From the NCBI RefSeq assembly GCF_009834535.1, contig NC_045727.1, forward strand, positions 10,912,001 to 10,976,000: DNA of 64,000 bases, read 5' to 3'. Under the pieces are notes generated by a model that worked only from the letters and a program-made list of their open reading frames with translations, was not told where the DNA came from and did not search any database. This stretch comes from Camelus ferus. Lineage: Eukaryota. The position numbers and the translations under genes were made by a program. Shown here piece by piece: positions 48,962-61,535 of the stretch (the stretch's first letter is position 1; every line of letters starts with the position of its first letter).

Positions 48962-51900
48962 GGAGCTGGTTTCCTGAGGGGAGATAAAGGGCTGGGGTTC
49001 CTCCTGGGTAGAGCAGTGCTCCGTAGAACCAGACACTGAACTTGGAGTCACAGCCCCTGGGCCCTCCCTCCCTGGGAACGTTTCCTTTCTTTTGTTCGCT
49101 AAGGGCTGGAACGACATTGAACTACATAAAACTGGATTGGAAGTGGGCACAAAAGAACCGTCAGCAGACTCCAGACTTCTCTGTTGGTGACACCATCATT
49201 CACACAGTCATCTGGATAAGAGGACTGTTATTCGCTTATTTCCCTTCTCTGCTCCCCAAGTCATCCAGGAAGCCGTTCGGATTTTAATCGAAAGATACCT
49301 GGATGTACCTTCCTCTCTCATCTTCCTGAAATTTCTTGAATCTATACCTTCATCTCTCGGGTGCCTTCCAGAGTTCTCGCCTTCTCTGACTTGCCTTCAC
49401 AGCCTCCACAGTTCTTTTTCTAAAGCAAATTTTAATCCATTCACTCCTATCAAATTCCTCTGTGCTTTTATTGTCCTCAGAAGTTAATCCTAACTTCTTG
49501 GCATGCCAGACCCTTAGGCTGCTTGAAAGTAATCTGTTCAGTCACACCTCCTGCTCCGTGGTTCCCTACCACCCTTACACCTAGTCACAGTAGCTTCCTT
49601 TTTCCTTAGCTTTTACTTTGTGCAGCTCTGTCCTTCACATTCTTTTTTTTTCCTAAACTTTTTTTTATTGAGTTATAGTTATTTTACAATGTGTCATGTC
49701 CTTCACATTCTTGATCGTGCTTAATCTTCCCTGTGAAGTAGACCCTGTTATTCGCAGTTTGTAGGTGAGAAGGTGGAATGCAAGGCTTGCCCTAGTTTTC
49801 CAAGCTAGGGGAGAGTGTGCTATGATCGACTAGTTCTGACTGACTCCAAAGCCCCCTGCCCTCACTGCCCTTACCTGACCACGTGCCCTGAGGTCTCCTT
49901 TGCACCTGCTGTTTGTTCTACTTGAGAAAGGCTGCCTTCCCCTCGACTTCCCCCCTTGCAGGGAATTCCTGTGTTTAACTCCAAGGCCAGCTACTCTGTG
50001 AGGCCTCCCGTCCCCTCCCCCTTCAGAATGAGTTGTTTCCTCCTTTGTGTGACCACAGCACTTTCTTTACGTTTCTGTTTGAACACTTGTCACAATTGGA
50101 TTTGTGTTAGACTTGTCTTTCCTACTGGGTTCCTAAAGGGCAGGGATCTTGACCTAATTCACCCTAGTATCCCTTAGTCTAGCCAAGCTGACCCAGTGTG
50201 GGGCTCCCAGGCTCGCAGGGGTCTGAGATGGGTGTTACTATGGTTTTTTAAATAATTTTTTTGTTTGTTTTAAAAGAATTGTAATTCAGAAAAAATATGT
50301 AACATTAACTGAGTACTTAAGCACTAGATCATTTGCTTAAGTTTTTTCCTATCTTTTTAATAACTCTTAAAGTTAGTGCATCATCATCTTTATTTTACAA
50401 ATAAGAAGGGTGTGAGACTTAGGTTAAGAGTGTTACTTAAGGTGGAGCAGCAGCCCATGCCGGGGAGAGGTGACATGCTACATCTGCCTGGCTCCAAATC
50501 CCAAGTTCCGTGCTCCTTGTCACACTGCCTCCTTTCTCCTTCCAAAGATGCATGGAGGAGTATGTTGTTTCTTGAATTGTGGATGAAAGTTTTTCAGTTC
50601 AGTAGGAATGCTGGTTACAAGAGGCTGATCATTGGCTCTGAGAGTCAGGTTAGGTTATATTAAAAAAAAAAAAAATTATCCATGCAGGTTGATGGGTACA
50701 TGGGGTGGATACTAGAAAAGATTTTCAATGATGAAAAGTAAACAGATGTTGACAGTGATGTTGAAAATTCTTAAAGAACTTTAGATTTCCTCAGAAACTA
50801 TTTTCTGACTTACTTGGAATCAAAGATTTCTTTGTAACAATGGACTGTCTGCAGATAGTGTAAGATACATTATTAAAAGTGGAGTGATTTGCATATATGT
50901 GGATGAGAAGTTACTTTAGGCAAAGTGAGTATGATCAAGTCTTTAAAAAGCATTTACCAAAAGTATTAGCCTTTTTGAAAACCCTTTTTAGGAATTACAA
51001 TGTTAACAAAACATTAACTACATTTTAATTTGCAAGCAGCTAATTCAGCATTGATGGCAACAACCAGATTGTAACCATTGCTTCAGTCAGGAGGGGAAAT
51101 AGTTACAAAAGTGAAACCTGTAGGTGTGGCTGAGGGAAATTGGTTGCCGTCTGATCATTTCTTTATAGCGTCTGGATTGCATTCATCCCCTCTAAGGGCC
51201 TTCCAGCTGGGTGTCTTCCCAGAAGGGCTTTTCACAGTGGGGAAACCTGTGGGTTTAAATGAGGGGTGACTTTTTATTAGTTGTTATGGTACAACTATTG
51301 AGATAAGGAATTGAGATTTGTGGCAACCTTTTAATGCTGTTCAAGTAACATTTACTCAGAACTCCATACTCATGTACTTTCAGTCCATAGTCACCTGTGG
51401 GTGAGTAGGAGGGGTTTCCGAATGACAGTTCATTCCTTGGAATTCATCATACTAAGCAGTGAACTAGTTGCTGTTGAGCCCAGGTTTAGTATCTGTGGTT
51501 GGGTAATTAACACGGAGGAGTAGTGCGTGCAGGTGGTAGGTGTGTTATGTGTCGGGAGTTTTACAAATGGTGTCGTGCCAGTGTAAGCGTTCTCAATCCA
51601 CTGGGTTTTGGGGAATCGAGGAAAGCAGTGCATTTTTTTACCCAAAATTCATGCATCCTAGGAAGTTGGGACTGTTTTAGCCTGCCTTAATGATGTTCTT
51701 TGTAAATGTTTCTCTATTAAGAGGTAATTGGGACAGGCCCTGGGAAAGAGTGTCCTTGTTATTGCAACATTGGGACCTTTTCTTGAGGTGTCCACCAGGA
51801 CAGAAACATTTGTCTCAGGGTACTGGGACCTTTTTGCTCTTGTTACAACTCTGAGTTAAGAGACTGTTGATTTAGTGTTTTATTATGCCAGGTCATTTGA

Positions 51901-54900
51901 AACTATTCTCACTGTATTAGAAAGTATCACTAAATGCTCAGGGGCTGTTTCTATTTTCTTTGCTGCAGCAGTAAGTTAGGATTTAAAGCTTCGAGAACCA
52001 GGAAGACGTCCCTCCTGAACCTAAACTCTGTATCCACCAGCCTGGAGAGTTTCCTTTGAATGGCGCTTGGACCTGCAGGCCCCTGGGTCTAAACCCTGCC
52101 CATGCCCCTATTTCTGTCTTGCCTCCCTTAGTTAATGGACCACTTGTCTACTCCATAACCAAGGAAAAACCTGGGGGAGACTGCCATGCCCCCTCCCCCC
52201 ATATCTAGCCACTTGCCAGATTCTGCTGAACTAGGCCTTTATCTCTGTTCTCTGCTTGTCTTTTTTCTGCATCCCCACCGCCGCTCCGGAGTTCGGGCCA
52301 TCCCATTTGTGGCGGACACCTGCATCACATCACTCAGTGGTTTCTTTGTACTCCACACCAGTTAGCTTCCTCAGGCCCACGTGGTTCCCACCCAGCAGTG
52401 CGTCGAGGAGACGTGCACGTGCCGAGGCCCTGCGCTCAGAAACTGGAACCTAATTCAGGAAGGCAGGACTCTACTGAAAAAGTCACATCCCTTAGCATGC
52501 TCCTTCCCGGTCCGGTCTCGCCAGGCTTGTCTCCTCTGACTCACCCATGGAATCCGCTAGACACGCATGCTGTGCACACCCAGGTCTCTGATGGGCACCC
52601 AGTCTCACCTCCTCTCTGCACCAGGGCTGCTCCTTGTCCTTTAGACTCAGCTCAAGGGGCGCCTCTCCTGGGCACTGCCCTCAAGTCGCTTAGTGAGGAA
52701 GGAGAGGTCCTGGGCTGTCTGCGCGTGCTGGTTGATGGACAGAGAGCAGGCAGGTAGACCCTCTGTGGGGAGGAGGCGGCGGGGCTTGGCCTGGTCCTCC
52801 CTCCGCTGTGTGTGGGGTGCTGGGAGTTGGCCGGTGAGCTGGAGGCGCTCTCATCCTTCAGGATGGACGTGGGAACCCCCAGTGCACCCTCCTGCTTCTG
52901 ACCTTGCGCCATCCCCTCCTTGGGTTTTAGCTAGGCCAGCCCCTGAGGTGCTTTCCAGAAGCACTGGGGGACTGGTCTGGTTTTACCCTTGATTGGCCTG
53001 CCCTGCGCTGGCCCTCCAGAGCTACGAGTCCTCCTTCCCTCTGCCCAGTCAGCGCCTGGCAGGGCTACCTCTCCGTGAAGGGGCGCCAGGGAGGGTGATG
53101 CTGATGGCTTTAGGGATAGCTGGCAGAGGGATGCTGTGCCTTTCAGGTGAGGGTTCAGCATAGCCCCGGGGGCAGCGTTCTGGAGGGGCTGCTTGCTTGT
53201 GAGGGCTTTGCTGGCATATGTCACTTGCCCTGCCTCATCCTGTCTGTCTTGAGCATTTCGATGAGCCTAGCCCTGCCCCCAGTAAAAAGGGGGCGAGAAG
53301 AGTCTTCCTATTTAGGGCAGAGCTCCTGAGAGGGAGAACACTGAATAGTGGTTAAAAGTTCAGGTTCCGGAGGTTGCATCCTGGGCCTGCCACGTCTTAG
53401 CTGAGTGAACCCAGGCAAGTTGCCTAACCTCTCTGTGCATTAATCACTTCACCTGTGTGAAGATTCAGTGAATTAATACACAGCAAGCACTTAGATGAGT
53501 GTTTGGCGTATACCAAGTGTGAGATCCCTGTGGATGTCACCGCTGGGAGGCAGAGAGCAGCTGGTGGGTCGGGAGGGTTTGGGTTTGGAGGCGGATGGGT
53601 GCTGGGGTGCAGAGGTGGGTTGGGGCCTGGTCTGGGCAGGCCTGCCCGGACATGACAGCCACTGGGCTGGCCCTCTCGCCCCAGCGCTCTCCTGCCTCTT
53701 GAAGTAACCTGTTCCTTAGGGTTAGAGAGAGGTTTACTGAGACAGCTGCGTGAGTATGTCTTTGTTTAAAGATGTTTACTTTTTCCAGCAAAATTGGAAA
53801 GCTCTTGAATTCAAAATTTGTTTCTGAGAATCTCACCATGCGTATTTTATCTTCCTGCCCTGAATGTGTGCGCACGGCAGTGGTGCTCACTGTGTCCCAA
53901 GAGGAGCCCGGGTACGGAGCTGGGAGGAGGGTGGGGTTTGAAGGAGCCCCTCGCAGCAATAATACTGCAGCCTTTTGTCTTCTCTTTCAGCCTTGAAGCA
54001 GAAGTTAAGGAAGGCTGCTTGTGGTGGCTGCCCCGCTCCTCCCGGCCCTCGCCCCAGTGTCTCGTGGTCCAGAGTGGCAGGGCCCCTGCCAAGGGGAGGA
54101 GGCCCAGGCTCAGCGACCACCCGCAGGTGGGGCGAGCCAGATTGCTCCTTGCCCGGTCTCCCTGCTCTCAGGGTGTTGCTCCTGCTTTCACGGGGCTGCT
54201 TTGGGTTTTTCAGGAGGGGCAGGGTGGAGAGTTGGCGATTTCATCTCGGGTTAGGTGATGTTTGGTGTTTAGTGCTGTTTTTAGTGGTTCCAGGTCTGTG
54301 TTGGTTGTAGTTTCTGGTACTTTGTTATCTTGTCAAGATTTTGCTTCTGCTTTTTACAAGCAGGTTTGGAAGAGGGGTGAAGTGCTGTTAGACAGCCCCA
54401 ACTCTGGGGGGCACATTTGCAGCCAAAGCAGTGACTGGCATCAAATCCAGTGCCTGTGATGGTGCTCCCTCCCTGAGAAGGGACGCTGCCCACACTGTCA
54501 CAAGTGGGGGCAGCAGGCGCAGCTCACAAGTGGAACAGCCCCGGAGCCCTTCCTGGATAGTTTGTAGATGTCTCCTTCCCACCAGCGTACCAGTCGTCAG
54601 GAACCTGGGCTCAGGGAAGCGGACCTTACAAAAGGACCAGCACCTGCGTCCGCATCCTCTTCCTGGGGCACTGAACTCTGCAGGCCGTGGTGTAGGTCAG
54701 ACTGCCATGCACACCATGTTCAGATGGAGACAGACACGCATCCCGGAGCCAGGCGGCCGGCCAGGAGCTGACTGTGGAGATGGCAGGAGGGCCCCACTAC
54801 TCTGGAGTGGGTGGGCAGTGCAGTCCCTGAAGCCTGTGCCGAGAATTCTCCTAGGGTGACCTGGGGACTGGACCCCTGCCCTGGAACAGCATGCTGTGGT

Positions 54901-57900
54901 CAAGTTATCAGGGACCTGGGTTCAGATCTTGATCTCACCGTGGACTTGTCTGTGTCCTCGCCTTGAGCCTCTGTGTCCTGATTTCTCCAAAGGGCTGGGG
55001 GCCTACCACACTGAGTTAGGGTTGTAGCCAGGTGTAGTGGTCCAGTGTGACTTGGGGTGAGGTCACTGACATACCATTGGCTCCTGGGAGGGGGACGTGT
55101 GGGGCTGAGTAGTAACTGAAGTAGGAGAATCGTGTTCTGGGCTCTGTGTTTAGATTTACAGTGTGGTGAGTGGCATTAAAGTCATGATATGGTGTCATTG
55201 CCGCCAGCTGCTTTGTGCAAACTTGCAAAGTGCATTTCTGTCACAGTTCGTCACTTTGATACAGTCACATGAGCAGGAAGTGGCTCTTTCAAATCACTAA
55301 TGTCCTACCAGTTGTGTAACTGGTGTTTGAGTGATTCTGTACTTTCCCTCAGACTTTGGGCTCCATCTGCCAGGTTTCGTTTTGCCCAAGCAGGAGGAGC
55401 CTAGACCCTGACTGCTGGGCTGTGCTGGCCCAGGCAAAGACTGTGCACTTCTGCCCTTGCAGTCTTGAGAAGTGCTGTTCGAAGCCTGCCACATCCTCCA
55501 CAGGTCCTAGTGGAGACTGGAGGCCCTGCCCGGGTCCGGGTCCGGGTCCTGGTCCTGGTCAATGGGAGCCTGCCCTGCCCTGATGCACTGCTCCACGTGG
55601 CTGAGGTCTTCACGGAGAGCAGTTGGCTTGGCTCTCGTCCTGGCCTCGCCCTGTGCCCGGTCGGTCTATGACTTGGGCTTCTCCCAGCCTCTTTTCAGCC
55701 TTACATCTGTGAAGTAAAGCTGACCTGCCTGATGTGCCCTCCTCGGGATGCGAGGCTCCAGTCAGGTCCCCCGTGAGTGTGGAGCATTGTTTCTCACCCC
55801 GCCTCCCCCAACCCAAGGTCTGGCCTCTGCTCTTGGTCTTGCAGAAAGGCACGCCCCTTCCCTGGCATCCCTCCTTTTGGTTCTTTGCTGGGATTCTGAC
55901 AATGACGATGCCCTCCAGAGGGGAGTGTGATATGCCCCTGGCAAGCCCCCTTCTTGTGTTTCTTTTCGTTTTCTCTTTTATTTGAGATATAAAGGTTCAG
56001 ATATTTCTGAAAGCTTTGTGCTAACAACCGTAAACATATTCATTTCTCGCTGAGGACCCCGTGAGTTCTGGTCATAGGGTGTAAACGCCATGGCCGTGTC
56101 ATATCTGTGGAAAACACTGGTGCCCTGGCACCCCTAGATTTTAAGAAACGTGGTGATACAATTATGGAAGGGGCTGAAACCAACATTGTTGAGTACCTGC
56201 TAGGGGTGCCAGCTGTTAGGCCCTCTACAGGGTACCTTGTAAGGCTCAGCAGGGCCCTGTGAAGTAGGTTTTCTACCATTTTCAGGTAAGATGGAGACTT
56301 GGAGCTTCAGGTGTGAAGAGTGGGGCTAGAGTTGAGCCCAGGCCTGTCTGACTCCAGAAGCCTCTGCTCTTTCTAGTCCACTGATGATTTGCTGAAACAA
56401 CCGCATGCCAAAATATATTTCTACAGATAATGTATAAAATAAATGTTGAAGAGAATGGTTGGGGATTGGAGTATTCTGCTTTTATTGCCCATAGGATGCT
56501 TCAGAATAGACAGCAGTAAAATAAACAAGATAAGTCACAGAAAGCACTCACTTTTCAAGAAGAAGTTCTATGTTTCTGTTAGTGTGGACTTGTGATCCGA
56601 GGGGTTCCTTGCACTATTTCTGTGTGCCTGGCTCAGTGGGAGACCTTCGCTCTGTCAGGAGCTTATCTCCAGCCACGGAAGTGACGCTGAACTAGTCAGG
56701 GCCTCAGTGTCTTCCTCAAGGAGGATCAGGCTGGCTGAGCCTCATGGCTCTCAAGCAGGAGTGCCCCCTCCATCACCTGGGACCCCGCTCAGGTGCCCCT
56801 CGCCATCTGGACATTCTCTGTTCAGGGTCTGGGGTGGGCCTAGGCAGGAGTCAGTCCCTCTGGGCCAGGGCCCACACCCTGGTTGAGTCCCCAAAGTTAG
56901 TACCACCTATGCCAGCCTCCGGTTCCTCTGCTTTCCTAAGCCTTTCTGTGTCCACGTGTGACTCCCCGCTCCCAGTGGATGTGGATGCCTGCCCATTCTC
57001 CCTGCCTTCTCTTCTCCTCTCCTTCAGGGCTCTGTCACCGCCTCTCTCCCCGAAGCCCTTGCCCTCTGCTGCTGGCCCTGCAGGTCCCTGGAGCAGCTCT
57101 GCTGCCCTCACCTGGCCGTGACAGCCTGGGAGACAGCATTCAGCTTTACTTTCCCTAGTTCTTTAGGGGCATGATATGCCTTTTTCCATTTAGTGAGTAG
57201 GAAATTACAGGGTGATACACACTGTACCAGCACCCCCTCCCTTGACACTTGCCATCCGCAGCATTGATTCAACACAAGGCAGCGTGACTTGGACAGCAGG
57301 CGTTTCCTCTGTACGTCCGGCTGGGTTTCCTCAAGGGGACATGGGCTCTAGCTAATAGGAGTCATGGCTCCTGGGAGGCCTCAGGCAAGCCGTGTGCGAA
57401 GGTTACCCAGGGGGACTGTGGACCGTGGATTTCAAGGGCCCATCATAGACTTCAGCAAGAGAAAAGAGAGACTTTATTAAATTCTTTTCCCAAACTTGGA
57501 TGTGTCTACTCTGTTGTGTGATGGAGAGCCCGGTGTGCATAACTGCGTCCTGCGCCTGGGCTCCTCTCAGGGGCCAGCAAGTCTCCTTCAGGGGACTATC
57601 CCTTGGCCGGTGCCCACGGAGCTGCCAGGCAGCAGTCCACTTCTGCCCCGCACCAGCTGTGGCCTGGAGCGGGCAGCGGGCTGGGCAGTGCACTGGCACC
57701 CAGGCTCCCACCACCTGCGCGGTCTACCCCTTGGCTCTGCTCTCCCTGGCTCTTCCCTGGGTTAGTCAGCGTTGTGCCGTCCAACCGAAGCTGCTGACCT
57801 GATGGCCCCTTGCTCTGAGCAGGGCTGGAACGGGCCATGGTGGGACGTATTCGGTAAGCCCCTGTTGTCTTAGCTTTGGTCTTTCTGTCTCTGTTCTGGA

Positions 57901-58207
57901 GCTGGGCCCCTCGGACAGCTTTCCTCTGTTGAGTCCTCCATCACCCTTCAGAGACACTTGCCATCCACTCAGAGTTGGCGCTACTTCCTTGACATTCCTT
58001 CCCCGTTCTTCATCCCCAGTTGTGGGGTGCAGTTTCGCTGGAGGGTTTGCCAGGCCTTTAGGTGAACCTGTCTCTTCTCTGAATGACTTGAATCTGTCTT
58101 CTTCAGCTTGTTCTCAGTGGAGGCGTGATTGGCATTTTGGGCTGAACAGTTCTTGTCTGCAGGACTGTCTTGTGCAACGCGGGACTTTCAGCATCCTGGC
58201 TCCCGAG

Positions 58208-58342
58208 AGTGGTTCTCAGCACTGGGGCTCTAGAGGACATTGGGAAGTCGGGTGGGGTGGTGTCACAAGGCCTGGCATCTAATGGGCAGGGCTCTGCTCG
58301 CTCAAGTCCACAGTCCTGCTGGATGCCTTGTTGAGAAACTCC
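58208..58342 (+). mobile_element. MER20 (hAT-Charlie) DNA transposon, internally deleted
   Basis: Starts AGTGGTTCTCA, has internal ggacatt...tgtcacaa...ctggcatctaatggg, and ends GTTGAGAAACTCC. Confidence 0.65.
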
Positions 58343-58689
58343 CGGGGGCTGCCCAGCATTCCCTGGAGATTATAGGGCTGGCTGGCTTTGTTTGTTTGTC
58401 TTGGTTCCTCTCACTTCTGCCTTATCCCCACTTCCTGTTGGTTAGAATTATGCAAAGGAGCTTGTCTCTCTGTCTTTGGTGAGCTTAACTTGACAGCAAG
58501 ATGAGTTGAGTCTCCTGTTTCCAGAGCCTCCCTGCTGTCCCATTGTCAGTGTCGCCTGTGGGTTTGTGGCGTCCTCCCACCATGTAGCTCCCACATTTGC
58601 TCATGTGTCTCTCGATGTCAGAGCTGACCGGTGCCCTCCCTCCCTCCCCGCAGCCTGCAGGCCCACTTGGTCCTCCCTTGAAGTTTCTT

Positions 58690-58975
58690 GAGCAAGTTTC
58701 AATTTTTCACAGCCATCCTACAGCTGAGTCCCATCTTGCTATATTTTTGTAATTTCTTTTGGAATGTATCTTCTTGTGTTTATTATCCACACCTCATATT
58801 GTTAGCTTGTGGATTTCTGAAGCCATAAGGTATATTTATAGGTTATTTTGAAGTTTATTTCATTCCATGAATACTGAATCTATTCTCCTCTGTTTCTTCT
58901 TTTGACTGTCTAATTTCAAAATTCTGTCTGGAATTTTTTTTTCCTGTCTGTGCTTGGTTTAAAACATTTCTCATA
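58690..58975 (-). mobile_element. Probable old L1 fragment
   Basis: T-rich, L1-like composition in otherwise GC-rich intron. No subfamily could be assigned. Confidence 0.3.
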
Positions 58976-59490
58976 GCTTGGTAGGACTCAGCCCTTGGGG
59001 GCATGGTGTCTTCTGTTTCTAGCCCAGAATCTTAAGAGCCAAGGACCAGAAGATCAAAACATATGGGGAACCCTTTTCATCCTAGAGCCTTTTCCCTCTG
59101 CAAGTCCCAGTTTCCCATCTGCTTACTAACCCTGTCACTAAGCAAGTGTTTGAGCTTGACGTGGGCTGCCGGGATTCCTGATCCCTGCCCTCACACCTGC
59201 TTCTCAATGCTTACGTCCTGTTTGGTGAGTGGGCTGGAGTGGGCGTGTGGGCATGCGAGTTATTTCTCCCCCTTCCTGAGTCTGCCTGGGCTTCATAACC
59301 CACAGACCAGCCTCCCTGGTGAGTCCTAGACATTAGTAGGAGGGCCAGTTGCCTGCCAGCAAGTTCCCTGCTTTCCCTCCTGCGGGCTCAGAAAGATGGG
59401 CCGGGCCACCCCTTCCCCCACTGCAGGGGTCACAACTGTGGCCGCTGGCATCTTCCTCATGGAAGCTGAGCATTGCTTAGAAATGGAACT

Positions 59491-59573
59491 CATCATCTTG
59501 CTGTGTAGCTTGTTAAAATACCCCATTTCAGACTCCACCCCACACCCGCTGGACCAGAATTTCTGGGCCTGGG
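59491..59573 (-). mobile_element. MER5A/B-like (hAT-Charlie) fragment
   Basis: catcatcttg...agcttgttaaaata...ctccaccccacacccgctggaccagaatttctgggcctggg. Confidence 0.55.
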
Positions 59574-60878
59574 ACAGAGGCTGATGGTTGTGTTGGGCTG
59601 CCGGGGCCGACAAGCAGCAGTGCTCTGTGGGAAGAAACTCAGCCAGTTCTCTGCCCGCGTGTCCCAGCTGCCTGTTCTGCATATTCGTTTCACACATGTC
59701 CTTCTCAGCTTCTCTCTGCCAGGCGCACTGCGCATCCTTCAACTTAGAACACGTGACACTTGGCTCAGTCCCCCTTTCTTGGGACTCGTCCCTTTCCGTA
59801 CCTTTGTGTGCCCGGGGTGCCTTGTACACGGGCTGTGTGATGGAATTGTGGGTTGCAGAGGACGCAGGGCTGAATCAGAGCCGTGGCACCGAACTGGGAG
59901 GGGCTTCCCAGTTCCAGCAAGGTGCGTGGGCTGGACCAGCGGGGAGGAAATCAGGGCAGTGAGGGCGCAGTCCTGCCGGCCCAGTGGAGGAGGCCGGGCT
60001 CAGCAGGTGGTGCTCTGGGGTTGCAGAAAAGAGGCACCCAAGAGAGGTGGAGGAGGCTGTTGTGTCCTGGAGGAGAGGCTGGGTGGGGGCATAGTGGGGG
60101 GCATCTCACCCAGGGTTGAGGACGGAGGGACTTTGGGGATGCGGGCGGGCAGGTGCACAGTGGGTGGCTGGGGCTGAAACGCCTTGTTGGGGAAGCAGTG
60201 AGAAGTGTCGGGCTAGGGCACAGTTGAAAAACAAGTGACAGTTCTAGACAGAAGACTGGGCAGGGCCCCAGTGGAGCCAAGCTGGTCGTGCTTTCTGCAT
60301 GAAATAGCCTCTGCTGTGTTGACTGTTTGGTGATAACCCTCATGTGTGCGAGGGTTGTATTGCTTACAACTCGGTTTCCCCGCCTTGTCTACAACTCTGA
60401 GTCTCAGTGCCCTTCTTTTGCAGCCAAGGGAACCAGGGCTCAGTGAAGGTTTCCTGTCCCCATGTCCCCCCATTCCCAGCCTGCAGTCGTGCTCCTGGTC
60501 GGGCGCTGGGCTGAGATACCAGCCTTCTGAAACAGCATCCCCAGCAATGGTGGACAACTCTGGGCGTGTTTGCTCCTTGTCCCCCATTTTCTTCATCTTT
60601 ACACGTGATCTGTCCAAGCTTCCCAGATGTGGGCCGGAAGGCGTTGGGGCCCCCGCCCACTTCTGTGCCCCGCGGCAGGGAGATGGCCCATAGAGGAGGC
60701 GGTGCGTCCTCGGAGTTCTGTGGGTTCATTGAGGTGGGGCCTTGTCCTGGTCGGGGGTATGGGTCGAGGGGACCACCGTGGCTCCGGGCCTCTCAGCCGG
60801 GTGGAGGCTGTCTGGCCACACTCTGGAGTGCTCTCGGTGGAGCTGTCAGCACTTGATTTAATTTGAGGGAGTCAGGAG

Positions 60879-61058
60879 NNNNNNNNNNNNNNNNNNNNNN
60901 NNNNNNNNNNNNNNNNNNNNNNNNNNNNNNNNNNNNNNNNNNNNNNNNNNNNNNNNNNNNNNNNNNNNNNNNNNNNNNNNNNNNNNNNNNNNNNNNNNNN
61001 NNNNNNNNNNNNNNNNNNNNNNNNNNNNNNNNNNNNNNNNNNNNNNNNNNNNNNNNNN
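60879..61058. other. Assembly gap, 180 N
   Basis: Run of N. Confidence 1.
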
Positions 61059-61517
61059 CTTACCAGATTGTTCTTTAAGGTGATGTGTGTGCTGCGGGGC
61101 TCCTTTGCTCCCAAGGAGGCTCTAAGCATAGGCAGCCAGCCGGTGCGCAGAAGGGCAGGGCTGCAGCCTCAGGTTCCGGAGGAGGCCCCATCTGCACTCT
61201 GATCTCATAACCTTCTAGGGGGGGTCCCAAGCTTTCCAGGTCTGTAGTTATTGGCCCAGAAAGGAGTATGTGTCCAACTCCTGCTCTTCCCGGCATCTCT
61301 CTGCCTGGCCCAGTTTGTCCAGACAGGGCCGCCTTCCCCGACCTCTCCTGGAAGGTGGCGGGCTTTCCCATCTGCATCTTCTCTTTGCTTTCCTGCCTGG
61401 TTTTGTATCTCTGTCTCTCACCCTCTGGACACCCATGTTCCGGGTTTTCCTCCTGGTGCCCTCCAGTCTGTGCCTCCCGCCTGTCTCAGATCCCTTTGCC
61501 CAGTGGCCCACCTGTTT

Positions 61518-61535
61518 CCCCCCCCCCCCCCCCCC
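61518..61535 (+). repeat. C18 homopolymer
   Basis: Direct reading. Confidence 0.95.

Larger units (their letters stand above)
30310..56638 (+). repeat. Copy B of the direct duplication
   Basis: AGCAGAGTTAATGAGTAATT at 30310 equals position 1. Similarity continues to the last bases before the first N gap. Confidence 0.98.
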
